A stretch of DNA of 64,000 bases, taken from contig NC_068983.1 of the NCBI RefSeq assembly GCF_001194135.2, positions 68,402,997 to 68,466,996 of the forward strand, written 5' to 3'. Origin of the DNA: Octopus bimaculoides (lineage: Eukaryota). Position numbers and translations under genes: made by a program. The notes under the pieces are model-generated. The model had not been told where the DNA came from. It ran no database searches and saw nothing but the letters and a program-made list of their open reading frames with translations. Every line of letters begins with the position of its first letter. Positions within the stretch are counted from its first letter, which is position 1. Below are positions 1 to 12,729 of this stretch, one piece after another.

Positions 1-842
1 TTTCCAAAACGTCATTCTTTAAACTTTCTACTTGTACATTTAATTCTATGTTCTAAAAACACACAACATACAAAATACTTTATCAGGTTTTCTACAAAAT
101 TCAGCATAATTACATAATAATGATTTTTAATATAAGCACACAGAAGGAGCAGGAACAGACAATTAAAGAGACCCTAGCATTTGATTGCAGGGATGACAAG
201 CCAAGACAACCACTGCAGAATACAAACTTAAAACAAAGGGAAACAACTAAACACTGCAAATCATTTTGTCTACTTCTTGGCAATGGTTGCATAAAAATGT
301 CTTTTTATCCCAACATAAAATGATTAATTCTTTTTTCTGTTAAAAAGTAACGTTTGAAATAGACCAATGTGTCATTATTATTTATTTTATTAATCTTGGA
401 AGGATTAAAACCACAACACTGAACACAAAATTTAAGTTCATCACCATCATCATTTAATGCCCATTTCCCATTAAGGCAAGAATGTGTTGAGCTCCAGTGT
501 GTGCTTTGACATGGTTTCTACAACCGGATGCCCTTCCTAATACCAAACATTATACAGTGTGCTTGGGGGCTTCACTCATGCCACAAGCATCAGTGGGGCC
601 AACAAGTAACTTGCAAAAAAAGAAAAAGCTTCCTTGATTAAATGGTGGGGGAGTATTTGAGAGGGGGAGCTAGTCTTATGCTTTGTGTTGAGAAGCTGAA
701 GTATGATAGAGAAACAAACACAGGTGTGTTGCAATAAAGATTCATGGCTACTCAGCATATATTGTTCTATTCTAGAAACTACTAAGTCTAAATAGCCCAG
801 TTTATCACTGGCTGTGGAGGGTATATAGCAAATGTTCTAGAA

Positions 843-1173
843 CATAGGTTCTCAAAGTGGGCACTGCTCCCCACCCCCAATGGGCATTGAGATGGTTCTG
901 GTGGGTGCTGGTGCCTAAGGGGGCGATAGAGAAAAAGGAAGCATTGGGAGGAAGACAGTGAATTGGAGGACACTATGAATTAATTATAATATTATTATAG
1001 TATTGTATATAAATTATATAATATGATATCAAATATCAAATGATTCATAGTATATATAAATTAGTAAAATAAAAAATATTTATTTATACATAAAAATAGG
1101 GGTAGCAGCGCTGCGGGTATCATGTGGCCATGAGTGGGGGGAGGGACGGGGGCAAAAAGTTTGAGAACCTCTG
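843..1173. mobile_element. hAT (Charlie-type) MITE, 331 bp
   Basis: Termini CATAGGTTCTCAAAGT and the reverse complement of AGTTTGAGAACCTCTG match at 14/16. 8-bp TSD TTCTAGAA at 835-842 and 1174-1181, fitting the NTCTAGAN target. Confidence 0.85.
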
Positions 1174-1544
1174 TTCTAGAACATAATATTTAATGGAGAC
1201 ATTTCAAATAATATTTTTGTTGTAACTTTCTCATGCTTTTATATGATCAAAGATATTATACACATATATTAAAACTCATAGTAATCCTATTTTGTTTAAC
1301 TAGAGAATATATTGTGATTTCTTACTGCTGACTCCCAGTCCAGAATAGCAAGTGAACTCTGTGCTCGGAGTTAATAAATCATTCCAATGCACCCAATACA
1401 ATGAGTACACAGAGAGATAGTGAAGGAAGATGAATAACAGTCAATAAATGATATTTGTAATCCAAAATTAGTGATCTTGCCATGTTGCTCTCTTCAGTTC
1501 AAACAACAAATAGATAAGAGAGGAAGAGAACAGAGTTAATTTAC

Positions 1545-1649
1545 CATTTTAAAAGTATCATCACTGCCAAATTTTTGTCTGCACCGATCTTCAAGGAAAT
1601 ATATTCTTAATTTCAGACTAAAGTTTTCTTTTCTCAATTCTTCTATCAA
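1545..1649 (-). CDS. CDK5RAP2: Coding exon of a centrosomin/CDK5RAP2/myomegalin-family gene; core of the CM1 (gamma-TuNA) motif
   Basis: Minus strand: tatattttcag|TTG ATA GAA...AAA ATG|gtaaat. 105 nt, phase 0/0, translating to LIEELRKENFSLKLRIYFLEDRCRQKFGSDDTFKM. This matches the CM1 signature KENFNLKLRIYFLEE of human CDK5RAP2/PDE4DIP and fly Cnn (from memory). The symbol is the closest family name; PDE4DIP shares the motif. I found no next exon (expected NIELKV-like) in 1-1544, so the gene runs off the window. Confidence 0.95.
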
Positions 1650-3786
1650 CTGAAAATATAAAAAAAGATTGAAAATAATATTGAGAGAAAAAAAAATATA
1701 AAACTATAAACTAAAAACTAAACATACAATAGTTGATCACTTTTAATATATCCTCAGTTTCCTGAGTGTGAGTTAACTTTTCACAAATTTAGTGAGAAAA
1801 GCAAAAAAAAAACAATGCCCTTGACCTTTCAGGTTATCTGATGTCGATTTTCATTCTGCTATTTTTATTAATGATGGAGCACTGAAAAATGCAAGGTATT
1901 TTTCGAAGATATGACCCTCTCCATGGAAGGTTGGTCATACTTTTGGAAGAAGTTTAAAGAAAAAAATAACCTACAGCTGTGATGGTGGAATATTTAGTAG
2001 CTCATCAACAAAAGAAAAAGTGAGAAGTGATGCGAATACTGGAGAGGAGGCAGCCACCGAAAGCCTCTCCTTCATTACAGTCAATGAAGAAGACTTCCCC
2101 TTCACCCTATCAGCAATGTATCCACTACAACTGTCATTAACAATACTGAGGGGAAAAGGAATAGCAGTAATCATAACAGCCTATCAAATAGCCACAGCAA
2201 CAATAACAAACTGCTGAGTAACACCAAGACTAACAATGAGAAACCAACAATAATACCATCATCACCACATGAGGAGTCATTGTCAATTTTATAGGCATAG
2301 AAGTGCTGTCAGATGGTCTGCAAGGGATGCATTGAGAGCATCTAAACTGTTCTACATGCACTGGTTCAGTGTCTGAACACTGCTCACTTGTGAAGATACC
2401 TAAAAAAAGTTGTTGTCATGTGCAGGATGAATCCAGTCATCAGCTGAGACCATTGTCAAGATCATCTTACCACCTTCTTTTGGCTGGGAAGGGGAAGCAG
2501 TTTCCTTCTATCAAGTGGTTGTGGTGAAAGAGGTTATATGGCAAAAAACTACTTGAAAGGATTGAAATCAAATGAAAGCGAGGGTGGAAATCTAAGTGCT
2601 CTTCTCCAGCAAATTTGTTGAAAGGTGGGTGAGAGTGGCAAATATGACCATGTGAATGAGTTTAATTGCAGTATGCACTTGTAAGCTGTAGAATACAGCT
2701 GGGAAGAGCACTCCCTCTTGATTTTGTAGGGTTCCTTAGTTAACCTTGGGTGGTTCTTGTCGCCAACCTGTTAAGGTTCTGTCTGCATTGATAGTGTACT
2801 GTTATCAGTAATTGCTACTTTCACCCCATACAATGCAAACCTTTGCTGTTTCGTATCTTGTACTGGTGAGGCTTTTGAGAATATATAGAACTAGGATATA
2901 CACTGGTATCAGAAAACTGCAAAAATTCATTAAATGAAGCAATTTATCTGATGAACAGTAACAGTAATTAATATATTTCAGATCAAAAACTGATCTTTAC
3001 CACTGTCAATGAATTCCTTACTAAGATCAAACATTTTCTCTTTATTCCCAACCATTACCAGAATATGGCATTTAGTGTTATTTATTTTAGTACAAGAGTT
3101 TTTGAGAGCTTTCTCTCTTACTTGAAAGAATGTTTGTTCATCATATATACTTTTTTTTATTGTGAACTCAGCACTGCAAGCTCAGGAAACATTACTTTTT
3201 TTACAGTATGAAATTACGAGAGTTATTTGCAGAGTGAATTATGTGACATTGGCAAAGATAGGGTATAACAACAAGGGGATATGAACCAATGACACAATGG
3301 CCAGTAAGCTGTTCATGTAATAATGCTAGCAACTCTCAAAACCCTTTATAATATATACTGAGATAGACAATTTAGTCAGCAATAACATTAATAACAAATT
3401 ATTCCAGTTATTATCTAAAAGTGAAGAATTTTATGTTTTAAGAAATATATTTTGTTATAAAAAATAAAAATAAAATAAAATAATCAGTGAATATATAAAA
3501 AAGAAAAAAAATAGGAGACAGATTAAATACAAAACATAAGTTCATCCCAATGACATTTAGGCATGGCAAAATAGAGTATCCGGAACTAGACTACTGTAAA
3601 ACAACCTTCTCAAACTATGATTCACAGATGTACATGAGTTTTAATAATTAAGAGGCTATTATTGCACTGAAACACGACTGACAATAACAAAGTATTCATA
3701 TCCTTGAATTTATTTAGTTCAGTGAATGAACAAGCAAACATCATCCCTCTTTATTAATTATTCCACAGAAACTATGTATTGTGTAT

Positions 3787-3841
3787 TATATATATATATA
3801 TATATATNNNNNNNNNNATATATATATATATATATATATAA
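3787..3841. repeat. (TA)n microsatellite containing a 10-N assembly gap
   Basis: Ns at 3808-3817 inside a TA run; the true length is unknown. Confidence 0.95.
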
Positions 3842-4289
3842 TGGAAAGCTAAAACTAAGGGATAATATTCCAGGATACATATTTTTTTTTTGGTGATGGT
3901 GGTGGGGGGATGTTTGTCTTTGAAACTAGTTAATGCCTGCTGTTGTACATAATACTATGAACTAATGAATGTTTTATTATTGGAATTCAACAGATAATAG
4001 ATGAATATATGGTTACAGAAGTAAAACATAATAATTTGTACCAAACCTGGGACTAAGTAAGGAAACTGATGAGCAATTTCATCGACTACTAAAATATTGC
4101 TGTGCTTATATCTCCAAAGCCAAAAGAATAAAAAGTGGCCATCGTCATTGTTGTCATTGAGACTAAGGATACTGATGAATAATTTCATAAAAGATAAAAC
4201 AGTAAAGACCTCTGAAATAAATATTGCTGGGCTTATGTGACAAAGTAATAAAAAGCTAAAAGAATAAAAAGTGGACGATGACGATGATG

Positions 4290-4760
4290 TCCATCATCAT
4301 CATCACTGAAACATCCATGTTCCATGTTTGCATGGGTTGGATGGTCAGACAAGATATTATGGGTTCAAGGACTGCATCATGTTCCAGTATCTGTTTTGGC
4401 ATGGTTCATATGGTTGGATGCCTTCCCTAATGCCAACCACTTTACAGCATATACTAAGTGCTTTCTGGAGCCACCAACACTATTGAGGTCATCATGCAGC
4501 TTGCAAGACTAGGAACCCCAAGGGATGTGGGTGCTGACTTTATACTAGGAGACAAGGGGTTAATGTATGAGAAAAAGAGGAGGGATCAGAGCAGGTTCTT
4601 GTAGAAAAGCTGCATGGCTACTCACATTTAATAGGAGGGAGAGAGAAATGATGAGTAGGAGCTGCAAGAGAGAGATAGTGGTGATGAGGTGCCCAGGTGG
4701 CCTTCAAGATAAAAGATGAACAGAAGTGGGTGGGTGGCTCGAAAGATTGTAAGAGGAGCT
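4290..4760 (-). mobile_element. Older RTE-3'-UTR-related repeat; similar copies at about 440-760, 46820-46995, 54685-54800 and 55070-55200
   Basis: (CAT)n head, CCATGTTTGCATGGGTTGGA and GGATGCC(C/T)TCCTAATGCCAACC motifs shared with the 10584 copy. Confidence 0.7.
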
Positions 4761-6630
4761 GGAAATGTCTGTTTAAATAAGAGATCTTATAATCATGTTT
4801 GCATAATTGTTTCTTTTACTGAGCCAGTCCCAGCTTCCAAAGTCCATTCTTACCTTAGGTTCTCACTGGGCTTCCAGTAAGTAATACATAATTCTTTTGC
4901 ATCACTGCACGTCACACAGTTAAACACAAAGAGAACCAACCTATGGATAATGACATTACAGCATCTCTTGTTACCTCTCTATACGATAAGCACAGCTTAA
5001 AAAGGTATAGAATTTTATTCACTTCGTAAATGTGGAATACTGATTTCTAACTTGAGCCAAAGGTCATGTTTCAGAGGAGGGTGTAGTTGACTTAAATGAG
5101 TAACAGTACATGACTGGTACTTATTGAGTTCGGGAAGGGTCAGAAGACACTGATCTTGACAATACTCTATCAATTCTGCTATGCACCACTCTAATAACAA
5201 CAACAACAACGTCAGCACAGCAACAATGACAATTACTATTATTTGCTACAAGGATTCTAGACAGAGGATGATAATAACAACAAGAGTTTTTTTAATTGGC
5301 TATAGAGGCAGCAGATGAATAGTACATAATAATAATAATGATGATGATGATGATGATGATGTTGGTTTTCATAACTTTATATAAACGAGATTGATCTACA
5401 GAAAGCAAAATAGGAAATTGTGAAACTTATACTTTACCCAAAGGCATTAGTGATATAAATAAAAGAAAAATTGTACCAACTTGAAAATAGGTCACAGATG
5501 AGCACACTGAGAGCTTATCTCAAATGGTTGCCAATTTTATAGGCAAATCCCAGATTCCTATAATAAAGCCCCAGAGGTGAAATAAGATTGTATAGGGTTC
5601 ATTAGCAATGCAAGTGAAATGAAGTGAAAAACCAGATCACAGGTTTACTCTAACATTCTCACTTCAGAAAATGGAAGTGAGAATCTGACTGGACATTTAA
5701 CCTAAATTATATATAGGCAGAAGCTATATTTTGAAGAGAACAATCAACAGAATTTGCCTGATGTATATATACACACTAACAAAATCCTGTCATAGTAACT
5801 GATTCTAATAGCTGCTTTCTCTAATCACTTTACAAGATAGCGAAAATAAAACTTCCTCTGTAGCTTAATATAAATACATTTTAGATGAATCTCTTTCTTT
5901 AACATTCACACTCTTTCTATTACTTTCTTTTCTTTCCCCTCTCTCTAATTCTCTTGAACCATTTTCACCTCCACTGTCTTTCATTCATATACACAATCTA
6001 TATGTAAAATTTGCTGTAATTCTATTGATTTGGTAAGTTCTGTAAGCTAAGAGCAGGAGCTTATCTCAACAGAGCTCGCTTTGATCAATAGAAATAATAT
6101 TCCAACTGCAATCAACAACAAAGGCTAGGCTTTCCATTGAGGACGGAAAATACTTTAGTTCTAAACAGTTGCTGACCCTGCACAAGAAACAAGTGTGGCC
6201 TACATTAGAATGCTGATTTATATATCTGGGACAGTTCTGCAGCTACACAAACACCACAAGACTGCATTTAAAAAATGGCCACCTGACTGATAAGAAAATC
6301 TTCATTCACCAAAAACATTACAACCATTATGCCAATGATTTACTGTGTCCTCCCCTGAACTTGTAAGCTAGATACTACCCCCATCCAATATACTCAGCTT
6401 GTTTCATTTACACCACCAAACACTCACCAACCTTCCCTCTCCAGAAACAGAACCCTCTGTAACTCCTTCTCATTCATTTTACAGACACTGAACATTTATC
6501 ACTCAAGCTTCACTAGCCTAAAAGGGCTAGGAATCCAACCCTTCTTCCTCAGAACTAAATAATGATGAGAGCTTTAACTGTAGGTTAAACAAGGGTAAAA
6601 AAAAGTAAAGCAATTAATCATGTTACTTAC

Positions 6631-6698
6631 CTGTTCACACTCTTTCATAGTGTTCGTTCGCATAGGGGTAAGGTGACCACTGACATTGGGGGAATTGA
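6631..6698 (-). CDS. CDK5RAP2: Coding exon of the same gene; region just N-terminal to CM1 and start of CM1
   Basis: ttcttggtcatttcag|TC AAT TCC...GAA CAG|gtaagt. 68 nt, phase 1/0, translating to (V)NSPNVSGHLTPMRTNTMKECEQ. It aligns to human PNVSEETVSPTRARNMKDFENQ and joins the 1649 exon in frame. Confidence 0.93.
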
Positions 6699-7867
6699 CT
6701 GAAATGACCAAGAAATAAATAGATACATAAAAGTTTTTGTGGTGGTTGTGCTTCTACCTCACACGAGCATGCTTTGAGAAATAATAGAAACAAATTGCAG
6801 GAAATAAATATTGCACAATTTTTTAAGATTACACATTCTGTGTATATGTGCATGAGTGTGTGTGTGTCTCTGTGTGTGTACACTTCATTTATATACAAAC
6901 AAAAGCAAAAGGTAAAATCAGTAGATAGCTTGAATCAATTAGACTTAGGAACAATTCAAATCCATTGCTAGAATGCAATGCAGCAACATAATATGTCAAT
7001 TTATTGGTCTCACAAATGCACTAGTGTATTGATTGAAAATATTATCCAGAAATGGCATTGAGAAAAATTATATTGTGCTCAGAGAAAATACATTTAAGAG
7101 AAAACATAGACAATGTAGACTTTTCTGAAAAAGAAACAAAAGAAATTCTATTTCACTATTTTAGTACTAGAAAGCTGGTTTATAATTGAAACTGCAACAT
7201 TTTACATTGTCATTAAGATGCTCGTAGTTGAGAAGTACTGCAACTCATTGTAGCCTTTTCTGAGATATTCAACATTAATATGAGTCGGTGTCAAAATGTA
7301 AACATGAGAACAAACATCTCATAAAGAATCCTTCCAATAACAGAACAGAATCTTCCTTTAGCAGGAATTAGATTTTATTCCATTTTTATGGGTTTTTTTA
7401 AAATGAAACTACAATGTTCTTTGAGTCTCTAAACTAGCCAATGTAGCCATCTAAGTTAACTGAATGCATCTACTTTTCCTCTTCCCACAACTCACACCAT
7501 ACTGTATCCATTTAGATGCCACACTAAATGTTCTTTCCCAACCTTATTCCTTGAAACTATATTACTGAAGCATTCTCTCTAGTGATGTCTCAACTAGTTC
7601 TAGTCGGTTGTGCTTAGAAGGAAAGTATTTACTTGAACAGGAGCCTATCTCGAACAAAATTTCCAGATGAACTGGTACCTGATTCTGAGAACAAGGTGAA
7701 CTAAGAAGAAAAGACTCAGATGATTTTAATAATAATGCTCAAACACATGAAATACTTGTAGTAGATTGTAACTCAAACTCATAGTGCTAATACCATATCT
7801 AATTGATAATTTCACTGCTAGATATGAGGTAGACCACAAACTATGTGGCCTAAAGATGTTACTAATT

Positions 7868-8165
7868 ATAGCATGGTAGTAAAACAAAAGTATAAAATGT
7901 AGATGTACAAAAGCTGGAAAGAATTGAGGCAAGCATGTTCCACTGAATGCATAATGCTAGTGTGCACAAATGATTAAGCACAAACAAGCTAAGAGAAAAA
8001 TTGGCTGTAAGCGGAATCAGATGTAGTGTGCAAGAACAGAAACTGTGCAGATATGGCCATATGATGCATATGAAGGACAACAGTTGAAGAAGCTGCAGAA
8101 TAGGAAGACTGAAGACGACATGGGAAGAAATGGTAAAGGCCAACTTCAAGAGACTGAAGCTCAGT
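7868..8165 (+). mobile_element. RTE LINE C-terminal fragment
   Basis: Decayed LERIEASMF..MHNASVH...LREKL...GIRCSVQEQKLCRYGH...KTTWEEMV, matching RTE LRWYGHV / RGRPRKTW. Confidence 0.7.
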
Positions 8166-10583
8166 GAATTGATAAGTGATGTGAAGTCATCGTCATCATC
8201 AAGCCCTGCCCAATTTAAGTGAGAATGGAAAGACTGGCATAAAGAGATTGTAGTGAAGAAAATTCAAGCAAGAATGGTGGCAGATAAAATCCTCTTGAAA
8301 ATTGTGAGGTAAAACAGAAAAGCATACATCAAAATAATAGCAACAGCAAATGTTAATGTTTAATTTATGAGGAATGAATATATTTCTACTTCTTATAAAT
8401 TCTGCACTAATCTTGAAATCACACCATATTGTATCACATCATATTATTATTATGAAGGAAGTAAAATTTGTTTTACAATGTAAATCATACTTTAAAGATT
8501 TTATTAGAATAAATAAAAAGTACCTCCTACATTAAAAGTGAACAGACCAAATTACTAAATTACTCACACAAATTACATGACAACATCTATAATAATCAAA
8601 TTAGAAAGTGTTATTTTTCTTCCATTTTTTTGTTTTGTTTCTCTCTGTGGGGATCATGCCATGTAAAAGCATCTTACTGAAGTTATTTTCAACATGAAGC
8701 CCCAATATACATAGCAGGTTAAATAGTAACACTGAGCAGTTGCATTCCAGAGAGAAAACTTATACAACCAGCTACTACTGCCACCTGACAAACTAAAGTC
8801 TGTGTGTGCTTCTAATAACAAACATTGACAAACATTCTTCCCATCTTTGAATAAATCATTTGCATCTCCTGAGTAAGTTCTCCTCTTACAAAATATAGAT
8901 CAAAAAACAGAACTCAATATGGGCCCTTATACACTCTGCAAGTAGCAAGGTAAAACACACAGTCTGTACAACATTTAAATGATAAAAACAAAGTATATTA
9001 GTAAGGGTAACCTGTTTGAAAGTACTAATAAGACTAGACAATTTTTCTTGAAGGATTAATTATTTTCCATGTTCTAGAAATAGACCTTCACACAAATATA
9101 GCAAGATCGCAAACAGCAAAAATAAGTAGAATGTTTACCTACAGGCAATGTTACTCTATTGTAAAGGCAAATGGGGATATATATTTTCATCACATATAAA
9201 TCAACGATAGGGTTAGATATAGGATATGTTGAGTTTCAGAAGATTTTATTGCTAATGTACACAGCAATAGATTTCATCCTCTCTAAATCAGACTGGAAGT
9301 TATTTTATTTTTTAATGATATTGTCTAACCAGGCATTGATAATAAAATTAGTAATTATTACTGTTCTTGCACCTCACTGGATATCTATCTATTTCTAGCT
9401 AACTTTTTCAAATTCTTTGCATTAAATTGTTAAATAGGTTAGAATAAGATCAACACATGTTAGAAAAATGAAAATAATAATAGTCATTGACTACTATCAT
9501 GTTTTCCATACTGCATAATTATTTCTAGTTAACTTTTTAAAATCCTTCCTGTCCTAATATGTTAATACTAACTTGCTTATTAGTGAATGTAATCCTAAAT
9601 GAACCAAATTTATAACTTGAATAACTTAGAAATTTTGAAATAAGAAAAATAGATACTGCCAAACCATCACAAAAGAAACCAGAAAGAAATAAAGAAAAAA
9701 GGAAGAAAATTAACCATACTGCAATGGGCTAATCCCAATATTATAAATGTAGCTTTTAAAACCAGGTTTGATAATAATTAAATTAAGTTTGCACCTGCAT
9801 TTTTCCCCCTGAATCACTGGCCAGTCTGCAGAATCAGTACTTATAACAGTTTAGTCATCTGTCACACACAACTGAAGCTAAAAGGTATTAATTTAATAGT
9901 TGTTTTTATTACAGTCAGATAAAAGTTATCTTCTATCCACAGACACACTTTTCTCTCTCTCTCTCTCCCTCTCTCTCTCATAGAAAGAGAAAGAGAACAA
10001 TAAAAACAAACAAACTGTAATTGAGACAGCTTGTTTAATATGAAATATTTCCATAACAAAACAATTTGTTTTCCATTAGATCTCAGTTACTTTTTGGATT
10101 CAATATTTGGTGGCAAATTGCTTAGCCTTGAGGGTGACTTTCACCATATTCTTCCACTAAACTTTTAGTCTCACAGTGAAAGGTAAACAGGTCTTTATTG
10201 TTCCATTGATAGAAAAAGAATAATCTGGGTAGTTTCTATTGCTTTTAAAATTTTGTCAGAGAAAGAACACTCAACTTCTGTCCACAGAGTAATTAGTAAT
10301 TTATAGCCATTTATAAGCATATATGAACTTATACACAGCTAAATTTGTCTGTAATTTGCTTAACATTGCATATGTTGATAATGTGCTTTATTCATTAATA
10401 ATAAATTACACAATAATTTTTGGATAATTTGAAAATAATGTAAGGTATATATATATCTCTTGATAAAATACAATTTTAGCCTATGATAAACATAAAGTTA
10501 ACTTCACGAATTGAGGCTAACATTATATGTTTGTCGAAAAAGGTACATCTTACAGTACATTTCCACTTGTTCAAGGATGCTAT

Positions 10584-10860
10584 CATCATCATCATCATCA
10601 TCGTTTAACGTCCGCTTTCCATGCTAGCATGGGTTGGACGATTTGACTGAGGACTGGTGAAACTGGATGGCAACACCAGGCTCCAATCTAATTTGGCAGT
10701 TTCTACAGCTGGATGCCCTTCCTAACGCCAACCACTCAGAGAGTGTAGTGGGTGCTTTTACGTGTCACCCGCACGAAAACGGCCACGCTCGAAATGGTGT
10801 CTTTTATGTGCCACCCACACAAGCCAGTCCAGGGGCACTGTCAACGATCTCGCTCAGGTA
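10584..10860 (-). mobile_element. Young 5'-truncated copy of the same RTE 3' UTR (or a SINE sharing it)
   Basis: (CAT)n followed by CGTTTAACGTCCGCTTTCCATGCTAGCATGGGTTGGACG, the reverse complement of the 13330 end. CpGs are retained. Confidence 0.88.
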
Positions 10861-11420
10861 TTATTAATTAATTATCCATAGTGTCAGTGCATGCACTGTT
10901 ATGCAAATTAGATACACTAGCCTAGCTGTGTTCAAGCTTGTATACACTATAAAAACTAAGATCTATTAATTTCTCAATGGACAAAAAGCAGATGGTATTT
11001 TTTTTCTCTGATGAAGTTCTAAGAAGAATAGAAACTACTCAGACTGACCCGACTTTTTCTATTACACTTGTTCAGTAGATAATCTTTTACATGAAATTTC
11101 AAAATATGAAATATTTTCAAGTATATTTCATATAACTGCAATTTCTGTTCTACTAATATGTGCATTTAATATGCATTATATAGTTAAAACTTGAAAATGC
11201 ATTTCTGAAAAAAATTTGGTGTGATGCACAAATTCTAAGAGAAGATTTGAAATTAGTGCCCCTGTATTAGATAACATGGATGATTTCATGAAAAAAGTGA
11301 AACTTTGTTTTCAAATTCCAGCTTAGTGCAATCATTTCAAAATCTAAACGACTTTTGGACTGAAGCAATTTAAATAAAGGATTATCAACTCTCTCTCTCT
11401 CTCTCTCTAAAAAAATATAC

Positions 11421-11815
11421 AGTGGCTGTGTGGTAAGTAGCTTGCTTACCAACCACATGGTTCTGGGTTCAGTCCCACTGCGTGGCACCTTGGGCAAGTG
11501 TCTTCTACTATAGCCTCGGGCCGACCAAAGCCTTGTGAGTGGATTTGGTAGACAGAAACTGAAAGAAGCCCGTCTTATATATGTATATATATATGTATGT
11601 GTGTATATGTTGTGTATCTGTGTTTGTCCCCCCAACATCGCTTGACAACCGATGCTGGTGTGTTTAGGTCCCCGTAACTTAGCGGTTCGGCAAAAAGAGA
11701 CCGATAGAATAAGTACTAGGCTTACAAAAAATAAGTCCTGGGGTCGATTTGATTTGACTAAAGGCGGTGCTCCAGCATGGCCGCAGTCAAATGACTGAAA
11801 CAAGTAAAAGAAAAG
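11421..11815 (+). mobile_element. tRNA-derived SINE (family A), about 50 bp downstream of the 11866 donor
   Basis: A-box TGGCTGTGTGG, B-box GGTTCAGTCCC, internal TA/TG microsatellite and a 3' AAAAG tail. Relatives at about 17413, 28405, 37030, 46560, 50130, 54880 and 55250. Confidence 0.85.
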
Positions 11816-11865
11816 AAAGAAAGGAAGATACATACAATTACAACAGCAAATGAAAATATATTTAC

Positions 11866-11942
11866 CTGTTAGGGAGACCTGCTCAGGAGAGTCCTCCAGG
11901 TCTAGACATTCCCCTTCTCTCATCTTGTCTGACTGACTATCA
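11866..11942 (-). CDS. CDK5RAP2: Upstream coding exon of the same gene; may contain the start codon (MREGE...)
   Basis: ttttttcttttacttacag|T GAT AGT CAG...CTA ACA G|gtaaat. 77 nt, phase 2/1, translating to DSQSDKMREGECLDLEDSPEQVSLT. The terminal G plus TC of the next exon gives Val in frame. Support comes from strong splice signals and phase match, not from recognised homology. Confidence 0.8.
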
Positions 11943-12729
11943 CTGTAAGTAAAAGAAAAAAATACAAGAATAATAATATAATGAAAGAATAACATATTAA
12001 AATTAATAAAAAATGACTAATAACAAGAGAATTAATCGATGCATACAGCTGAAGAAATTCTAATGAAAATTATTGCATAAAAAAAGAACACAATAATGAT
12101 GATAATTTGAAAGCATTGTTTCAGAGGAATATACTTAAGAAACAAAGTAAAGCATTTAACTGTTTGGAAAACAGAAGAGAAATATGTATGTCTGACTAAA
12201 ACTGTTTAAAACCAGATACAGATCATTGTAATAAACCAAGATGTCTCAGTAAGATATTGATTTCTTACATAGGCACATGAGCTGACATTCGTGCAAGGGA
12301 TAAATGATGAAACTATAGCAAAAATGAAGGGAAATGGGTTCTACCAAAAACATAAATATGTTGGATTCAGTTCTCTAGGAACTTACTTCTATTAAACTAT
12401 AATTGCTACTTTATTCAGTTCTATATTTAAGAGATGGGGAATTATGTACATTATTTACATTTGACGGATATTTGTCCTCATCTAAATGTGTCTTATGTCT
12501 ATGCTAGTTATCAGTATTTATCAAAAAGCTTGTATTTTTGAATTTGCATGGGCCACATTCCAGGCCATGAGATGTTAACTACCTCCAAACGCTCAATTCA
12601 CCAAATTTACAGTCTTATATGAAGGAAACAGAAGTTTATTTTTATATTCCACATGAAGATAAGAATGCAAATGAGAAATATTAACTGTAAAGTGAAAAAT
12701 CAGTAACACTATACAATGCATGAATTATT

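Noticed and set aside
3808-3817. N run as a biological feature
   Set aside because: It is an assembly gap inside a (TA)n tract.
11421-11500. tRNA genes suggested by A/B boxes (also at 32363, 39951 and 25921)
   Set aside because: Each is the head of a multi-copy SINE that continues into a non-tRNA body; no complete cloverleaf is evident.
11267-11995. 242-aa ORF, the longest in the track
   Set aside because: It is a composite: the real 77-nt exon read through its donor into a reverse-strand SINE and microsatellites.
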